A DNA stretch of 64,000 bases from positions 320,001 to 384,000 of the forward strand of contig CAVXKA010000003.1 in the NCBI GenBank assembly GCA_963762255.1. The letters are read 5' to 3'. Position numbers and translations under genes: made by a program. Shown here one piece after another: positions 52,497-62,936 of the stretch. The DNA comes from Candidatus Eiseniibacteriota bacterium (GTDB taxonomy: Bacteria > Eisenbacteria > RBG-16-71-46 > JABDJR01). The notes beneath the pieces were generated by a model, which was given only the letters and a program-made list of their open reading frames with translations, was not told the origin of the DNA and did not search any database. Numbering within the stretch: position 1 is the first letter of the stretch; each line of letters begins with the position of its first letter.

Positions 52497-55369
52497 TGAA
52501 GACCCACGCAATCACGCTCACCGTCAACGGTGCGACGTCCACGCTGGAAGTGCCGGCGGAGCGAACGCTGCTCGAGCTGCTCAAGGGCGGCTTCCACCTG
52601 CAAAGCGTCAAGGGGGGCTGCGGCATCGGCGAGTGCGGCGTATGCACCGTCGTCATGAACGGCCGCCCGGTGAACGCGTGCCTCGTGCTCGCGGTGGAGG
52701 CGGACGGCGCGGTCATCGAGACCGCGGAAGGCATGACCGAGGACCTCGGCGTGCTCTCCGACCTCCAGCAGGCCTTCATCGACTTCGGCGCCGTTCAATG
52801 CGGCTTCTGCACGCCGGGGATGCTCAACTCCGCGCGCGCGCTGCTCGCGGCAAACCCGCATCCGTCGCGTGAGGAGATCGTCGAGGCGCTCTCCGGCAAC
52901 CTGTGTCGATGCACCGGCTACGAGCCGATCATCCAGGCGGTGGAGGCTGTGGCGTCGGGAACGTACCGCGCCGCCGAGCCGCTGTCGGGCCCGTTCGTCG
53001 GCGGCGGGGCCCCGCGCTTGGACGCGGCGGCCAAGGTCACCGGCTCCGCGGTTTTCGTGCACGACATGACGCTTTCGGGGATGCTTCACGCACGCATTCT
53101 CACCTCTCCGCATCCCGCCGCGCGCATCAAGCGCATCGACACCTCCAAGGCCCGCGCGATGCCGGGGGTCCGCGCCGTGCTGACCGGCGCCGATCTCCCT
53201 TACAAGCTCGGCCTCTACATGGAGGACAAGGACATCCTCGCCCGCGGGGTGGTGCGCCATCAGGGCGAAGCGGTGGCCGCGGTCGCCGCCGAGACGGTCG
53301 CGCAGGCGCGCGCCGCGTGTCGCGCGATCGAGGTGGAGTACGAGCCGATCGAAGCGGTGCTCGACGTCGAGGAAGCGCTCCGCGAAGACGCGCCGCAGGT
53401 GCACCCCGATCTCGCGAACTACTCCTGGATGAAGGGGGTCTTCTTCCCGCAACCCGGCAAGAACATCGCCCACCAGCAGAAGATTCGCAAAGGGGACATC
53501 GCGAAGGGCTTCGCCGAGGCTGACCGCGTGTTCGAGTTCAGCTTCCGCAACCCGCCGGTGCAGCACGTGCCGCTCGAGACGCATACCGCTATCGCCACAG
53601 CGCGCGCGGACGGCGAGGTCGAGATCATCACCTCGGCGCAGTCCCCCTTCACCGTGCGGCACCTCTTCTGCCACACCTTCGCCATGCCGCTCCAGAAGGT
53701 GCGGGTGAAGGTGCCCTATGTCGGTGGCGGCTTCGGCGGCAAGGCCGGCATCCATCTGGAGCCGTTGGTGTACTGCTTGTCCAAGGCCGCGGGCGGCCGA
53801 CCGGTGAAGATCACGGCCACGCGCGAGGAGGAGTTCAACACGCTTCCCTCGCGGCAGGGGCTGCGCAGCCGCATCAAGACCGGGGTGAGCAAGGACGGAC
53901 GCATCGTCGCGCTCGAGATCGCGTATCACTGGGACGCCGGCGCCTATGCGGACTACGGCGTGAATATCGGGCGCGCTGCCGCCTACTCGGGCGCGGGGCC
54001 GTACGTGGTGCCCAACTGCAAGCTCGATTCGTACGTGGTCTATACGAACAAGATTCATGGCACGGCCTACCGAGGCTTCGGCCATCTCGAAGTGCTCTGG
54101 GGCATCGAGCGCAACATGGACCTCGTGGCGCGGGCGCTGGGGATGGACTCCTTCGAGTTCCGCATGAAGAACCTGCTCCGTCCCGGCGAGACCACCATCA
54201 CCGGCGAACTCGTGACCGAGAGCCACGGCAGGCCAGATGAGTGCCTGCGTCTGGTGGCCGAGGCAATCGGCTGGGATCCCAAGGCCCGCGCCTCCGCGCC
54301 GGTTGCGCCGGGTTCGGGCGTGGTGCGCGCGAAGGGGCTGGCCATGGTCCACAAGGCGCCGGCCATGCCTACTTTCACCTCGTGCTCGGCCACCATCCTC
54401 ATGAACGGCGACGGCTCGGCCAACGTGCTGGTGAGCGGCGTGGATTACGGTCAGGGCACCTATACCACGCTGGCGCAGATCGCCGCTGACGAGCTCAAGT
54501 TGCCGCTCAACAAGATCCGGGTCCCGTGGGACAGCGACACCGATTTCACACCCTACGATTGGCAGACCGTGGCGAGCCGCTTCGCGGTGATGGGCGGAAA
54601 CGCGGTCATCGAAGCCGCGCGCGACTGCCTGCGCCAGATCAAGGAGGTCGCCGCGCAGGCGCTCCAGGCACCGGTCGATCAGATCGAATGCGGGGACGGC
54701 AAGGTCTGGACGCGGGGAGCGCCTGATCACGCCCTCGACTACAGCAAGATCGTACTCGGTTACACCTATCCGAACGGCAACAGCATCGGCGGGCCGGTGA
54801 TCGGACGCGGGCGCTACATCGCGACCGGGCTCACCAACCTGGACCCGGAGACCGGGCAGGGGCTCCCCGCTCTCAACTGGACCTACGGCGCGCATGCGGT
54901 GGATCTCGAGGTGGACACCGATACCGGACACGTCCGCGTGCACACCTTCGCTTCCGCGTTCGACGTCGGGAAGGTGCTCAACCTCCAGCAGTGCAAGACG
55001 CAGGTCATCGGGGGTGTGATTCAGGGGCTGGGATCGGCGGTCATCGAGAAGTTCGTGTTCGACAAGGGGCGGCTCGTCAACAACTCCTTCGTGGACTACA
55101 AGATTCCCACCGCGAAGGACATCCCGACGGAGATGAAGCAGTTCTTCGTGGAGACGCCGCATCCGCAGGGGCCGTACGGGGCGCGCGGCGTCGCCGAGCA
55201 CCCGATGATCTCGGTGCCGAGCGCGGTCGGCAACGCGGTCGCCAACGCCACCGGGGTCGAGTTCTTCGAGCTGCCGTTGGATCCGGAGCGGATCTACCTG
55301 ACGCTCAAACGCGCCACGGAGGGGAAGCCGCAGCCTGCGACGGACGCGGCCCGGGTGGCCAGGAAGTAG
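52493..55369 (+). CDS. molybdenum hydroxylase, fused 2x[2Fe-2S] and molybdopterin subunits
   Basis: GCGIGECGVC, QCGFCTPG, NLCRCTGY, GGGFGGK, AYRGFG, YGQG, TVASR, GVAEHP. Confidence 0.92.
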   Translation: MMKTHAITLTVNGATSTLEVPAERTLLELLKGGFHLQSVKGGCGIGECGVCTVVMNGRPVNACLVLAVEADGAVIETAEGMTEDLGVLSDLQQAFIDFGAVQCGFCTPGMLNSARALLAANPHPSREEIVEALSGNLCRCTGYEPIIQAVEAVASGTYRAAEPLSGPFVGGGAPRLDAAAKVTGSAVFVHDMTLSGMLHARILTSPHPAARIKRIDTSKARAMPGVRAVLTGADLPYKLGLYMEDKDILARGVVRHQGEAVAAVAAETVAQARAACRAIEVEYEPIEAVLDVEEALREDAPQVHPDLANYSWMKGVFFPQPGKNIAHQQKIRKGDIAKGFAEADRVFEFSFRNPPVQHVPLETHTAIATARADGEVEIITSAQSPFTVRHLFCHTFAMPLQKVRVKVPYVGGGFGGKAGIHLEPLVYCLSKAAGGRPVKITATREEEFNTLPSRQGLRSRIKTGVSKDGRIVALEIAYHWDAGAYADYGVNIGRAAAYSGAGPYVVPNCKLDSYVVYTNKIHGTAYRGFGHLEVLWGIERNMDLVARALGMDSFEFRMKNLLRPGETTITGELVTESHGRPDECLRLVAEAIGWDPKARASAPVAPGSGVVRAKGLAMVHKAPAMPTFTSCSATILMNGDGSANVLVSGVDYGQGTYTTLAQIAADELKLPLNKIRVPWDSDTDFTPYDWQTVASRFAVMGGNAVIEAARDCLRQIKEVAAQALQAPVDQIECGDGKVWTRGAPDHALDYSKIVLGYTYPNGNSIGGPVIGRGRYIATGLTNLDPETGQGLPALNWTYGAHAVDLEVDTDTGHVRVHTFASAFDVGKVLNLQQCKTQVIGGVIQGLGSAVIEKFVFDKGRLVNNSFVDYKIPTAKDIPTEMKQFFVETPHPQGPYGARGVAEHPMISVPSAVGNAVANATGVEFFELPLDPERIYLTLKRATEGKPQPATDAARVARK

Positions 55370-55378
55370 GAGGCGCGC

Positions 55379-56957
55379 GTGTCCGGCTTCGTGCTGGTTC
55401 GCAAGGATTCGTACCACGACTCGGTGCTCCTCATGCGCCTCTCCCAGGCGCTGAAGGGCTTGGCCGGCGTCGAGGACGCGACGGTCGCGATGGGCACCCC
55501 GCAGAACCGCGCGCTCCTCGAAGCGCAGGGGTACGGCGGGGACGCGCTCGCCGCGGCCGGTCCCAACGATCTCGTGATCGCGGTGACGGGGAGGCGCGGA
55601 CACCCCGCGCGCGGTGGAGGAAGAGTTCGAGAAGCTCCTCCACGCGGAGCGACCGGCAGGCGTGGAGGACGTTCGCCCCACGTCGCTCGCCGCGGCGGTG
55701 AAGGCGCATCCCGAGTCCAACCTCGTTCTCATCTCGGTGCCCGGTGAGCACGCCGCGCGGGAAGCGCGCCGAGCGCTCCATCTGGGCCGGCACGTCATGC
55801 TCTTTTCCGACAACGTCACCGTGGCGGACGAAGTCGCGCTGAAGAAGGAAGCGGTCGAGCGCGGGCTCCTCATGATGGGGCCCGACTGCGGCACGGCGAT
55901 CGTCAACGGCCTGCCGCTCGGCTTCGCCAACGCGGTGCGCCGCGGCGCGATCGGCATCGTGGGCGCGGCCGGCACCGGCATCCAGGAAGTGTCGTGCTGC
56001 ATCCATCGCATGGGTGGAGGCGTCTCGCAGGCCATCGGTACCGGCGGGCGCGATCTCTCCGAAGCGGTGGACGGCGCGATGATGCGTCTCGGCATCGAGG
56101 CGCTCGCCGCCGATCCCGCCACGCGCGTGATCGTGGTCGTCTCGAAACCCCCGGCGGCGTCGGTCGCGAATTCCGTCATCGCCGCGCTCGCGGCCACGGC
56201 GAAACCCTGTGTGGCGCACTTCATCGGCGACGAGCCGCGTGTCGACGACACGGCTCACGGCGTCTTCTTCGCCGAATCGCTCTCCGGCGCCGCCGAGAGC
56301 GCGTGCCGCCTGGCCGGGCTGGACATCGCCACGACGACCTCCGCGCCAGACGCGGCACAGGTCGCCGCGCTTGCCGCGCGCCTCTCACCGGGCGCCGCCT
56401 TGCGCGCACTCTTCTGCGGCGGCACCACCGGCCAGGAGGCGCTCGTGCTGCTCTCACGGGCGGGCATGGAGGTGCGCTCGAATCTTCACAAGCACGGCGC
56501 GCTGCGCGTCGACGGCACCGAATCCGTGCGCGGGCATGTACTGCTCGACCTGGGCGACGACGTGTTCACGCGAGGCCGGCCGCATCCCATGATCGAGCCC
56601 GAGCTACGAAACGAGCGCCTCGCGGTGGAGATGGGCGACCCCGACGTAGGCCTCCTTCTCTTCGACTGCGTGTTGGGCTACGGCGCGCATCCCGATCCCG
56701 CCGGGGTCCTTGCCGAGGGCGTGAACCGCGCCCGCGATACAGCGCGCACCCGCGGGCGCGATCTCGTTGCGGTGGCCTCAGTGACGGGGACGCCGGACGA
56801 TCCGCAGGATTCCCGCGCGCAGACGCTCGCGCTGGAGGCGGCGGGCATCGTGGTCGCGGCCGACAACCGCGCGGCCGCGGCGCTGGTCGCCGCAGCGCTC
56901 ACCGCGGCGTCCACAGCACCGGGCTCCACAAAGGCGACCCCGAAAGGGCGGGCGTGA
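55379..56957 (+). CDS. fdrA: FdrA/AllF-like acyl-CoA synthetase-family protein, +1 frameshift at 55588-55591
   Basis: YHDSVLLM, MGTPQN, ISVPG, LFSDNV, MGPDCGT, GTGGRDL, DLGDDVFTRGRPHPMI; span 1579 nt = 3n+1. Confidence 0.85.
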
Positions 56958-58399
56958 TGGATACGCGCAAGCTCGAGTCGCTCTTCGGTGAAGAACTCAA
57001 CGTCATCAACGTCGGGCTCCCCTCCTTCGCGGCCGAGCTGCGGCGCGCCGGCGGGAACGCGGTGGACGTCGACTGGCGCCCGTCCGCGGGAGGCGATCCG
57101 CGGGTGCAGGACGCGCTCGACGTTTGTCTCACCCCCGACGGGGCCGTGCGCGACGACATCGCGGTGGCCACGCGGCGTTCCGTAGATCGCCTCCTCGAAG
57201 CGAAGCCCACGATCACCGGCATCGGGCGCGCGCTCGACGTGATCCCCGGCATGCGCAAGGAGTTGATCCTGCACGCCGGACCTCCGGTGACATGGGATCG
57301 CATGAGTGGGCCCACCCGAGGCGCGGTCATGGGAGGGCTCGTCTACGAGGGCCTGGCCAAGACCCCTGAAGAGGCGGAGCGACTCGCCGCGTCCGGCGCG
57401 GTGACCTTCGAGCCATGCCACCACCATGCAACGGTGGGACCGATGGCGGGGATCGTCACCGCATCGATGCCGGTGTGGATTCTCGAGAACACCGCGTTCG
57501 GCAACTGCTCCTACGCGACACTGAACGAAGGTCTCGGCAAGGTGCTCCGCTACGGCGCCTACAGCGACGAAGTGATCGACCGCCTGCGCTGGATGGAGCG
57601 CGTGCTGGCCCCGGCGCTCGCGGAGACACTCGCGAGTCACGGGCCGCTCGACCTGCGCAGCCTCATCGCCCAGGCCTTGCAGATGGGCGACGAGGTACAC
57701 AACCGCAACCGTGCGGCAACATCCCTGCTCATCCGCGCGCTCGCGCCGCATCTGGTGCGCACGCGGTTCGCGGCCGACGACATCGCCCAGGTCCTGCGGT
57801 TCCTGGACGGCAACGACCACTTTTTCCTCAACCTCTCGATGGCGGCTGCCAAGTCCGCGTTGGACCCGGCGGCGGGGATCGCGGGCTCGAGCATGATCAC
57901 CGTCATGGCGCGCAACGGCACCGACTTCGGAATCCAGGTGTCCGCGCTTCCTGGACGCTGGTTCACCGCGCCGGCGCCGATGGTGGAGGGTCTCTATCTC
58001 CCCGGCTTCACCGCCGCCGACGCCGCACCCGACATCGGCGACTCCGTCATCACCGAGACCGCCGGCCTCGGTGGGATGGCCATGGCCGCCGCTCCCGCCA
58101 TCGTGCAGTTCGTGGGTGGAAGCGCCTCGCAGGCGCTCGCCTTCACCCGCCGCATGTACGGGATCACGCTCGCCGAGCACCCGACGTACAAGATCCCTGC
58201 GCTCGATTTTCGCGGCACCGCCACCGGCATCGATCTTCTCAAGGTGGTCGAGACCGGTGTGGTGCCGGTCGTGAACACCGGCATCGCTCACAAGCGGCCC
58301 GGCGTCGGCATGGTCGGCGCGGGCCTCGTCAAGCCGCCTTTCTCATGTTTCGCGCAGGCACTTCTCGCCTTCGCGGAATCGCTCGAGCCTTCCGCGTAG
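56957..58399 (+). CDS. YlbE/AllG-like DUF1116 protein
   Basis: LHAGPP, PCHHHATVGPMAG, NEGLGKVLRYGA, MGDEVHNRN, NDHFFLN, DIGDSVITET. Confidence 0.88.
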   Translation: MDTRKLESLFGEELNVINVGLPSFAAELRRAGGNAVDVDWRPSAGGDPRVQDALDVCLTPDGAVRDDIAVATRRSVDRLLEAKPTITGIGRALDVIPGMRKELILHAGPPVTWDRMSGPTRGAVMGGLVYEGLAKTPEEAERLAASGAVTFEPCHHHATVGPMAGIVTASMPVWILENTAFGNCSYATLNEGLGKVLRYGAYSDEVIDRLRWMERVLAPALAETLASHGPLDLRSLIAQALQMGDEVHNRNRAATSLLIRALAPHLVRTRFAADDIAQVLRFLDGNDHFFLNLSMAAAKSALDPAAGIAGSSMITVMARNGTDFGIQVSALPGRWFTAPAPMVEGLYLPGFTAADAAPDIGDSVITETAGLGGMAMAAAPAIVQFVGGSASQALAFTRRMYGITLAEHPTYKIPALDFRGTATGIDLLKVVETGVVPVVNTGIAHKRPGVGMVGAGLVKPPFSCFAQALLAFAESLEPSA

Positions 58400-58432
58400 A
58401 GACCTGCGCGGAAAAGGCACAACGGAGGACCC

Positions 58433-59425
58433 ATGAAGCTCATCGACCTGACCGTTCCCCTCGGCATCGGCACCCCCGCGTGGCCCACCTACGAACCGCT
58501 GCAGATGAAGTACTTCAAGCGGCTCGCACCCAACGGCGCCAACGGGCAGATCATCACCCACTCCAACCACGTGGGCACCCATCTCGACGGCGAGATCCAC
58601 TTCTACACACCCGGCAAGGACATCGCCGCCCTGAAGCTCGACTACCTCGTCGGCGAAGGCGTGGTCGTGGATCTCTCCGATTGCTGCGGCGATTACGACG
58701 TCTACACGTCAAAGATGGTGGAGGATCGCGCCGAGGTGCACGACGGCGACATCCTCATCGTTCACACCGGCTACCATCACTTCGGTTGGGACCAGCCCAC
58801 CGCGGACGAGATCAGTTACATGGTCAAGCACCCCGGCCCCGACCGCGAGTTCGCCGATTGGGCAAAGCGTCGCAAGATCCGCTGGATCGGCGTGGACTGC
58901 GGAAGCGCGGACCATCCGATGAACACGATCATCCGCGATTGGATGCCCCGCCAGGCGCGTCAGGCCGATGCCCACTTCCGCAAGAAGTACGGCAAGCCCT
59001 TGGCCGAGTACTACGACGACTCCAAGTACCAACTCATGCACCTCGAGATGTTCAACCACGGGATCATTCACGCCGAATGCCTGGGCGGAGACATCGACCT
59101 GCTACTGAACCAGCGGGCCACGATCGGCTGCTTCCCGTGGCGGTTGGTGGACGGCGAGTCGTGCATCTCTCGGATCGTCGCGTTCGTCGACGACAAGCGC
59201 TACGACGAGCTGATGAAGGTGAAGGCGCAGTACACGCTCACCAAGTGGGGCGACATCGCGGGATCGCTGGCGCCGCAGCTCCACGGCAAGAAGCGCCCGG
59301 GACCGGCGGCGGCGAAGAAGGCCGCACCCAAGCGCATCATTGCCTCCAAGAGCAGTGCCGCCCCCAAGGCCAAGGCCGTCCCCAGGCGCGAGGCCGCGCC
59401 CAAGGCCAAGAAGTCCGGACGCTGA
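58433..59425 (+). CDS. cyclase-family metal hydrolase (kynurenine formamidase/isatin hydrolase-like) with Lys/Ala-rich tail
   Basis: IDLTVP, HVGTHLDG (HxGTHxD), GVDCGSAD, HAECLGG; GGAGG RBS. Confidence 0.85.
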   Translation: MKLIDLTVPLGIGTPAWPTYEPLQMKYFKRLAPNGANGQIITHSNHVGTHLDGEIHFYTPGKDIAALKLDYLVGEGVVVDLSDCCGDYDVYTSKMVEDRAEVHDGDILIVHTGYHHFGWDQPTADEISYMVKHPGPDREFADWAKRRKIRWIGVDCGSADHPMNTIIRDWMPRQARQADAHFRKKYGKPLAEYYDDSKYQLMHLEMFNHGIIHAECLGGDIDLLLNQRATIGCFPWRLVDGESCISRIVAFVDDKRYDELMKVKAQYTLTKWGDIAGSLAPQLHGKKRPGPAAAKKAAPKRIIASKSSAAPKAKAVPRREAAPKAKKSGR

Positions 59426-59433
59426 GACACGCG

Positions 59434-60228
59434 GTGCGCGTCGGCCCGCTCGCGGCCGGCGCGCTCACCCTCGGCGCGCGGGGACGCGTGGTGTCCGTGC
59501 ACCGGCAGGCCGTGAACCTCCGCCTTGAGGACGGGCCGCTGGTAGCCCTCCTCCCCGAGGGGACGGCGCTTCACCCCTGGGCGCTCGCCGCTCCGCTCGA
59601 CTGTTCGCGCCTCGCACCGGGCGATCCGTTCGATGTCTCGAACGACGCTCTCGAAGTCGGTTCGCTTCGCGTCACGCTGGAAGGAGCGGAGACCGTAGAG
59701 CTTCGACTTCGCGCGCGGCCGATGGTCTGGCCCGCGGGCGCGATGATGACGATCACCGCGTTGCTCGTGCGGCGCCCGCACGACAGCCCCTTCGATGCGG
59801 TGCTCTCCGAGACACTGGCTCGTTTCAGCGCCGGTGGCGATACGCGCGATCTCCTCGATCTCGTCGGCCTCGGCGAGGGCCTCACCCCATCCGGAGACGA
59901 CATCTTGGTGGGAGTCCTGGCCGGACTGGACGCGCTCGCGGAGATTCCCGGCGGCGCGAGCGTGGAACGCAGCGCGCTCTGCGCCACGCTCACGCCCGAA
60001 CACCTCGCACGCACGAACGCGCTCTCCGCGCAGATGCTCGCGGCGGCCTCGGCGGGCCTCTACGCGGAACCTGTCCTTTGGATGGCCCAAGCACTCTCAG
60101 CGGAGCCAGGGGCGATCGATCAAGCGGCGAAGGCGCTCCTCGCCGTGGGCCACCGCTCCGGCGAAGATACGCTGCGCGGCATGGCCATGGCGCTCGGAAG
60201 GGCGCGAAGCCGCGCCGCCTACCTATAG
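59434..60228 (+). CDS. YlbF/AllH-like DUF2877 protein
   Basis: LVGLGEGLTPSGDDILVG, RTNALS, VGHRSGEDTLRG; start approximate. Confidence 0.85.
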   Translation: MRVGPLAAGALTLGARGRVVSVHRQAVNLRLEDGPLVALLPEGTALHPWALAAPLDCSRLAPGDPFDVSNDALEVGSLRVTLEGAETVELRLRARPMVWPAGAMMTITALLVRRPHDSPFDAVLSETLARFSAGGDTRDLLDLVGLGEGLTPSGDDILVGVLAGLDALAEIPGGASVERSALCATLTPEHLARTNALSAQMLAAASAGLYAEPVLWMAQALSAEPGAIDQAAKALLAVGHRSGEDTLRGMAMALGRARSRAAYL

Positions 60229-60235
60229 AAAGTCC

Positions 60236-60787
60236 TCAGCCACGGCCACCGTTGCTCTTCGGGAGCTTAGCGGTGCCCTCGGACGCTACGCGGCTCGCCC
60301 CGGCGAGCGCCTCGGCGCCCTCCTGCGATTCATCCGCGCGCGCCACCTTCTTCTGGGCCGCGCCGAGGAGCTGCGCCACTCCGTGGAGGATAGCCTCGGG
60401 GCGGGCCGGACAACCCGGGATGTACATGTCCACCGGGATGACCTTGTCCACGCCGCCGACCACGTTGTAGGTATCGAACCACGGTCCGCCCCCCACCGCG
60501 CACGCACCGATGGCGATCACGATCTTGGGATCGGGGACGGCAGCGTAGAGCCGCTTCAAGGGCTCGCGCATCGGCCGGGTCACAGGCCCGCACACGAGAA
60601 GGACGTCGGCATGTCGAGGCGATCCGACCAACCGCATGCCCAGACGCTCCACGTCGAAGTACGGGGTGAGCGCGTCGAGCACTTCGATGTCGCAGCCGTT
60701 ACACCCACCGACGTTCGTGTGAAACACCCAGAGCGATCCGGTGAATGCCTTCGGGAAGGCACGTTGCAGAAGTCCGTCCATCGGCAT
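60236..60787 (-). CDS. group 4 hydrogenase/Ehr small subunit (NuoB/HyfI-like)
   Basis: GGCNGCDIE, SPRHAD, GACAVGGG, PGCP; AGGAGG RBS. Confidence 0.88.
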   Translation of the reverse strand: MPMDGLLQRAFPKAFTGSLWVFHTNVGGCNGCDIEVLDALTPYFDVERLGMRLVGSPRHADVLLVCGPVTRPMREPLKRLYAAVPDPKIVIAIGACAVGGGPWFDTYNVVGGVDKVIPVDMYIPGCPARPEAILHGVAQLLGAAQKKVARADESQEGAEALAGASRVASEGTAKLPKSNGGRG

Positions 60788-60807
60788 TCAGTTCGCCTCC
60801 TTCCCCG

Positions 60808-62286
60808 TCACATCCGCGCCACGAGATCGAGCAGCGGGTCCAGGATCTGCGGGCGCAGGCCCAGCGCCAGGATCGCGGCGACCAGCATCGCCATCGCCCA
60901 CCGCATCGACGCCGGCACCTCGTGGATCTCCTCCAGCACCAGCTCGGAGGAATGCGGCCGCCCGCGGAACACCCGCTGCACCATCGCGGTCATATACGCC
61001 ATGGTGAGGAGCCCCACCGCGGTCGCGATCCCCATCGCCCACCAAGAGCGCGCGTCGGCGGCGGCAAGAACGACATGCGTCTTGGCCATGAACCCGCTGA
61101 ACGGCGGCATCCCGGCCAGCGACAGAGCGCCCACCAGCGCGCACGCCGCGGTCACCGGCATCCGCCGCTGCAAGCCGCCGAGAGCGGTGAGGCTGCGGAT
61201 TCCGTGCGCCGCGTAGATCACCGCCCCGGTGGATAGGAAGAGCAACCCCTTGGTCAGCGCATGGCTCACCAAGAAGAACACTGCGGCGTAGTAGCCGAGC
61301 GGCGGACCGACGCCGAGCGCCACCGCGATGTAGCCCACCTGCGACACGCTCGAGTACGCGTGCAGGCGCTTCAGGTCGTCCTGCACGATGGCCAGCGCAC
61401 CGCCCACCACCATCGTGAACACACCCAACCAGAGCAGCGTCTCGTTGAGAGCCGGGTACTTCGATCCGTAGACGCTCCACACCCGCAGGATCCCCACGAA
61501 GGGCACCTTGATGATGACGCTGGAGAGAAACGCGCTCATCACCGCGGGGGCCTCGGCGTGCGCATCCGCCACCCAGGGGTGGAACGGGGCAAGACCCGCC
61601 TTCGTGCCGAAGCCGATCAGGAGCAGAACCGTGGCGATGAGCACGATGTGCGACGGGATCTGGTCGGAGACACGCTGGAGGTTGCTGATGAGGAGCGCGG
61701 AATCGTTGCCCAGATGCGGCGCCGCCGCCGCGTAGAGCAGCACGCAGCCCAGGAACGCGGAGGTGATTCCCACCGTGAGCAGGAGCAGGTACTTGTAGCC
61801 CGCCTCCAGCGCGCGTTTGTCCCAATAGAAGGAGACGAGGAGCGCCGAAGCGACCGTGGTGGCCTCGAGCGCGACCCACAGGAGCACGATGTTGTTGGTC
61901 ATCACGACCCACAACAGCGTGAACTCGAGCACGAGGAAGAGCGCGGTGAACATGGGCAGGCGCCGTTCAAGGCGCATCCGGCGCTCGGCCTCCCGCAGGT
62001 GCACGCCGGGAAGATAGGCCAGCGAGTACACCGAGCACACCAAGGCGAGGAAGGTGATCAAGAGCGCCATGATCGCGGCCAGGCCGTCCACGAGGATCTC
62101 GCCGTGCAGTGCCTCGATGGGTCCCACCGAAGCCACCTGCCCCGCCTGGATCGCGGCCAGCCCCAGCGCCAGCGCGCTCGCCGCCACCCAGACCGGCTTG
62201 CGCGCGCGCCCCCTGCCTACGAACGCCAGGGCCGCCGCGGCCAGCGGAACCGCCAGGAGTGCGATCGGGATCCAGGCCGTCACCAT
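60808..62286 (-). CDS. antiporter-like proton-translocating subunit (HyfF/MrpD-like)
   Basis: WVALEATT, ALEAGYKY, GFGTKAGLAPFHPW, KRLHAYSSVSQ, HALTKGLLF, PPFSGF. Confidence 0.88.
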   Translation of the reverse strand: MVTAWIPIALLAVPLAAAALAFVGRGRARKPVWVAASALALGLAAIQAGQVASVGPIEALHGEILVDGLAAIMALLITFLALVCSVYSLAYLPGVHLREAERRMRLERRLPMFTALFLVLEFTLLWVVMTNNIVLLWVALEATTVASALLVSFYWDKRALEAGYKYLLLLTVGITSAFLGCVLLYAAAAPHLGNDSALLISNLQRVSDQIPSHIVLIATVLLLIGFGTKAGLAPFHPWVADAHAEAPAVMSAFLSSVIIKVPFVGILRVWSVYGSKYPALNETLLWLGVFTMVVGGALAIVQDDLKRLHAYSSVSQVGYIAVALGVGPPLGYYAAVFFLVSHALTKGLLFLSTGAVIYAAHGIRSLTALGGLQRRMPVTAACALVGALSLAGMPPFSGFMAKTHVVLAAADARSWWAMGIATAVGLLTMAYMTAMVQRVFRGRPHSSELVLEEIHEVPASMRWAMAMLVAAILALGLRPQILDPLLDLVARM

Positions 62287-62936
62287 TTCAGAGCCCTCAG
62301 GCGTGCGGTATCGCGCGTGCCCAACTGCGTCTGTATTCCGTCGATCAGGTGCAGGAGCAGGTACACAGCCACCACCACGTCGGTGATCACCCCGATCAGA
62401 ACCGTCTCGCGCATCGCGGTGGCCAGCGACACGAGCGAAAGATGCGCGCCGTTCTCCATCAGGCAAACGCCGATCACGACCTTGATCGCATCGCGTCGGG
62501 TGAGCACGGCGTAGAGACCCATGAAGAGGAGCGTGAGCGCGACCGCCACGTTGGTGCGGTAAGGCTCCTGCTCCGCAAGCGGCGTCGGTGCCAGGAACGA
62601 GACGTGATGATGGATGAGCTGATAGCTGACCAGCGCCAGCGTTGCGATGATCAGCGCCGACGGGATCATGCCGACGAAGGGGTCTACCTCGCGATCGCTC
62701 CCCTTCTGAATTGCCCGCCGGAGCATCCACGAGATGAGCCCCAACTTGGTGACGGCCGCGGTGGCTGCCCAGACCCAGAGGCCGGGATGTACGACGGCGA
62801 AGCAGGCGATGATCGCCACCATGAGGCCCGCCTGCCCCATGTAGGCAAGCTGCGCCCGCCGCAGGCTTCTCGACTCGATGGCCAGGAACGAGGTAATGAT
62901 GAGGGCCAGCGAGAGCGTGCGAATGAGATCGACCAT
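62280..62936 (-). CDS. HyfE-like membrane subunit
   Basis: Polytopic; C-terminal NuoK-like segment IGVCLMENG. Confidence 0.75.
   Translation of the reverse strand: MVDLIRTLSLALIITSFLAIESRSLRRAQLAYMGQAGLMVAIIACFAVVHPGLWVWAATAAVTKLGLISWMLRRAIQKGSDREVDPFVGMIPSALIIATLALVSYQLIHHHVSFLAPTPLAEQEPYRTNVAVALTLLFMGLYAVLTRRDAIKVVIGVCLMENGAHLSLVSLATAMRETVLIGVITDVVVAVYLLLHLIDGIQTQLGTRDTARLRALKW

Noticed and set aside
52493-55369. Aerobic CO dehydrogenase (coxMSL)
   Set aside because: The active-site loop is AYRGFG, not AYxCSFR (form I) or AYRGAGR (form II)
55379-60228. Standard allantoin/purine degradation locus
   Set aside because: No allantoinase, allantoate amidohydrolase, ureidoglycolate dehydrogenase or carbamate kinase in the operon
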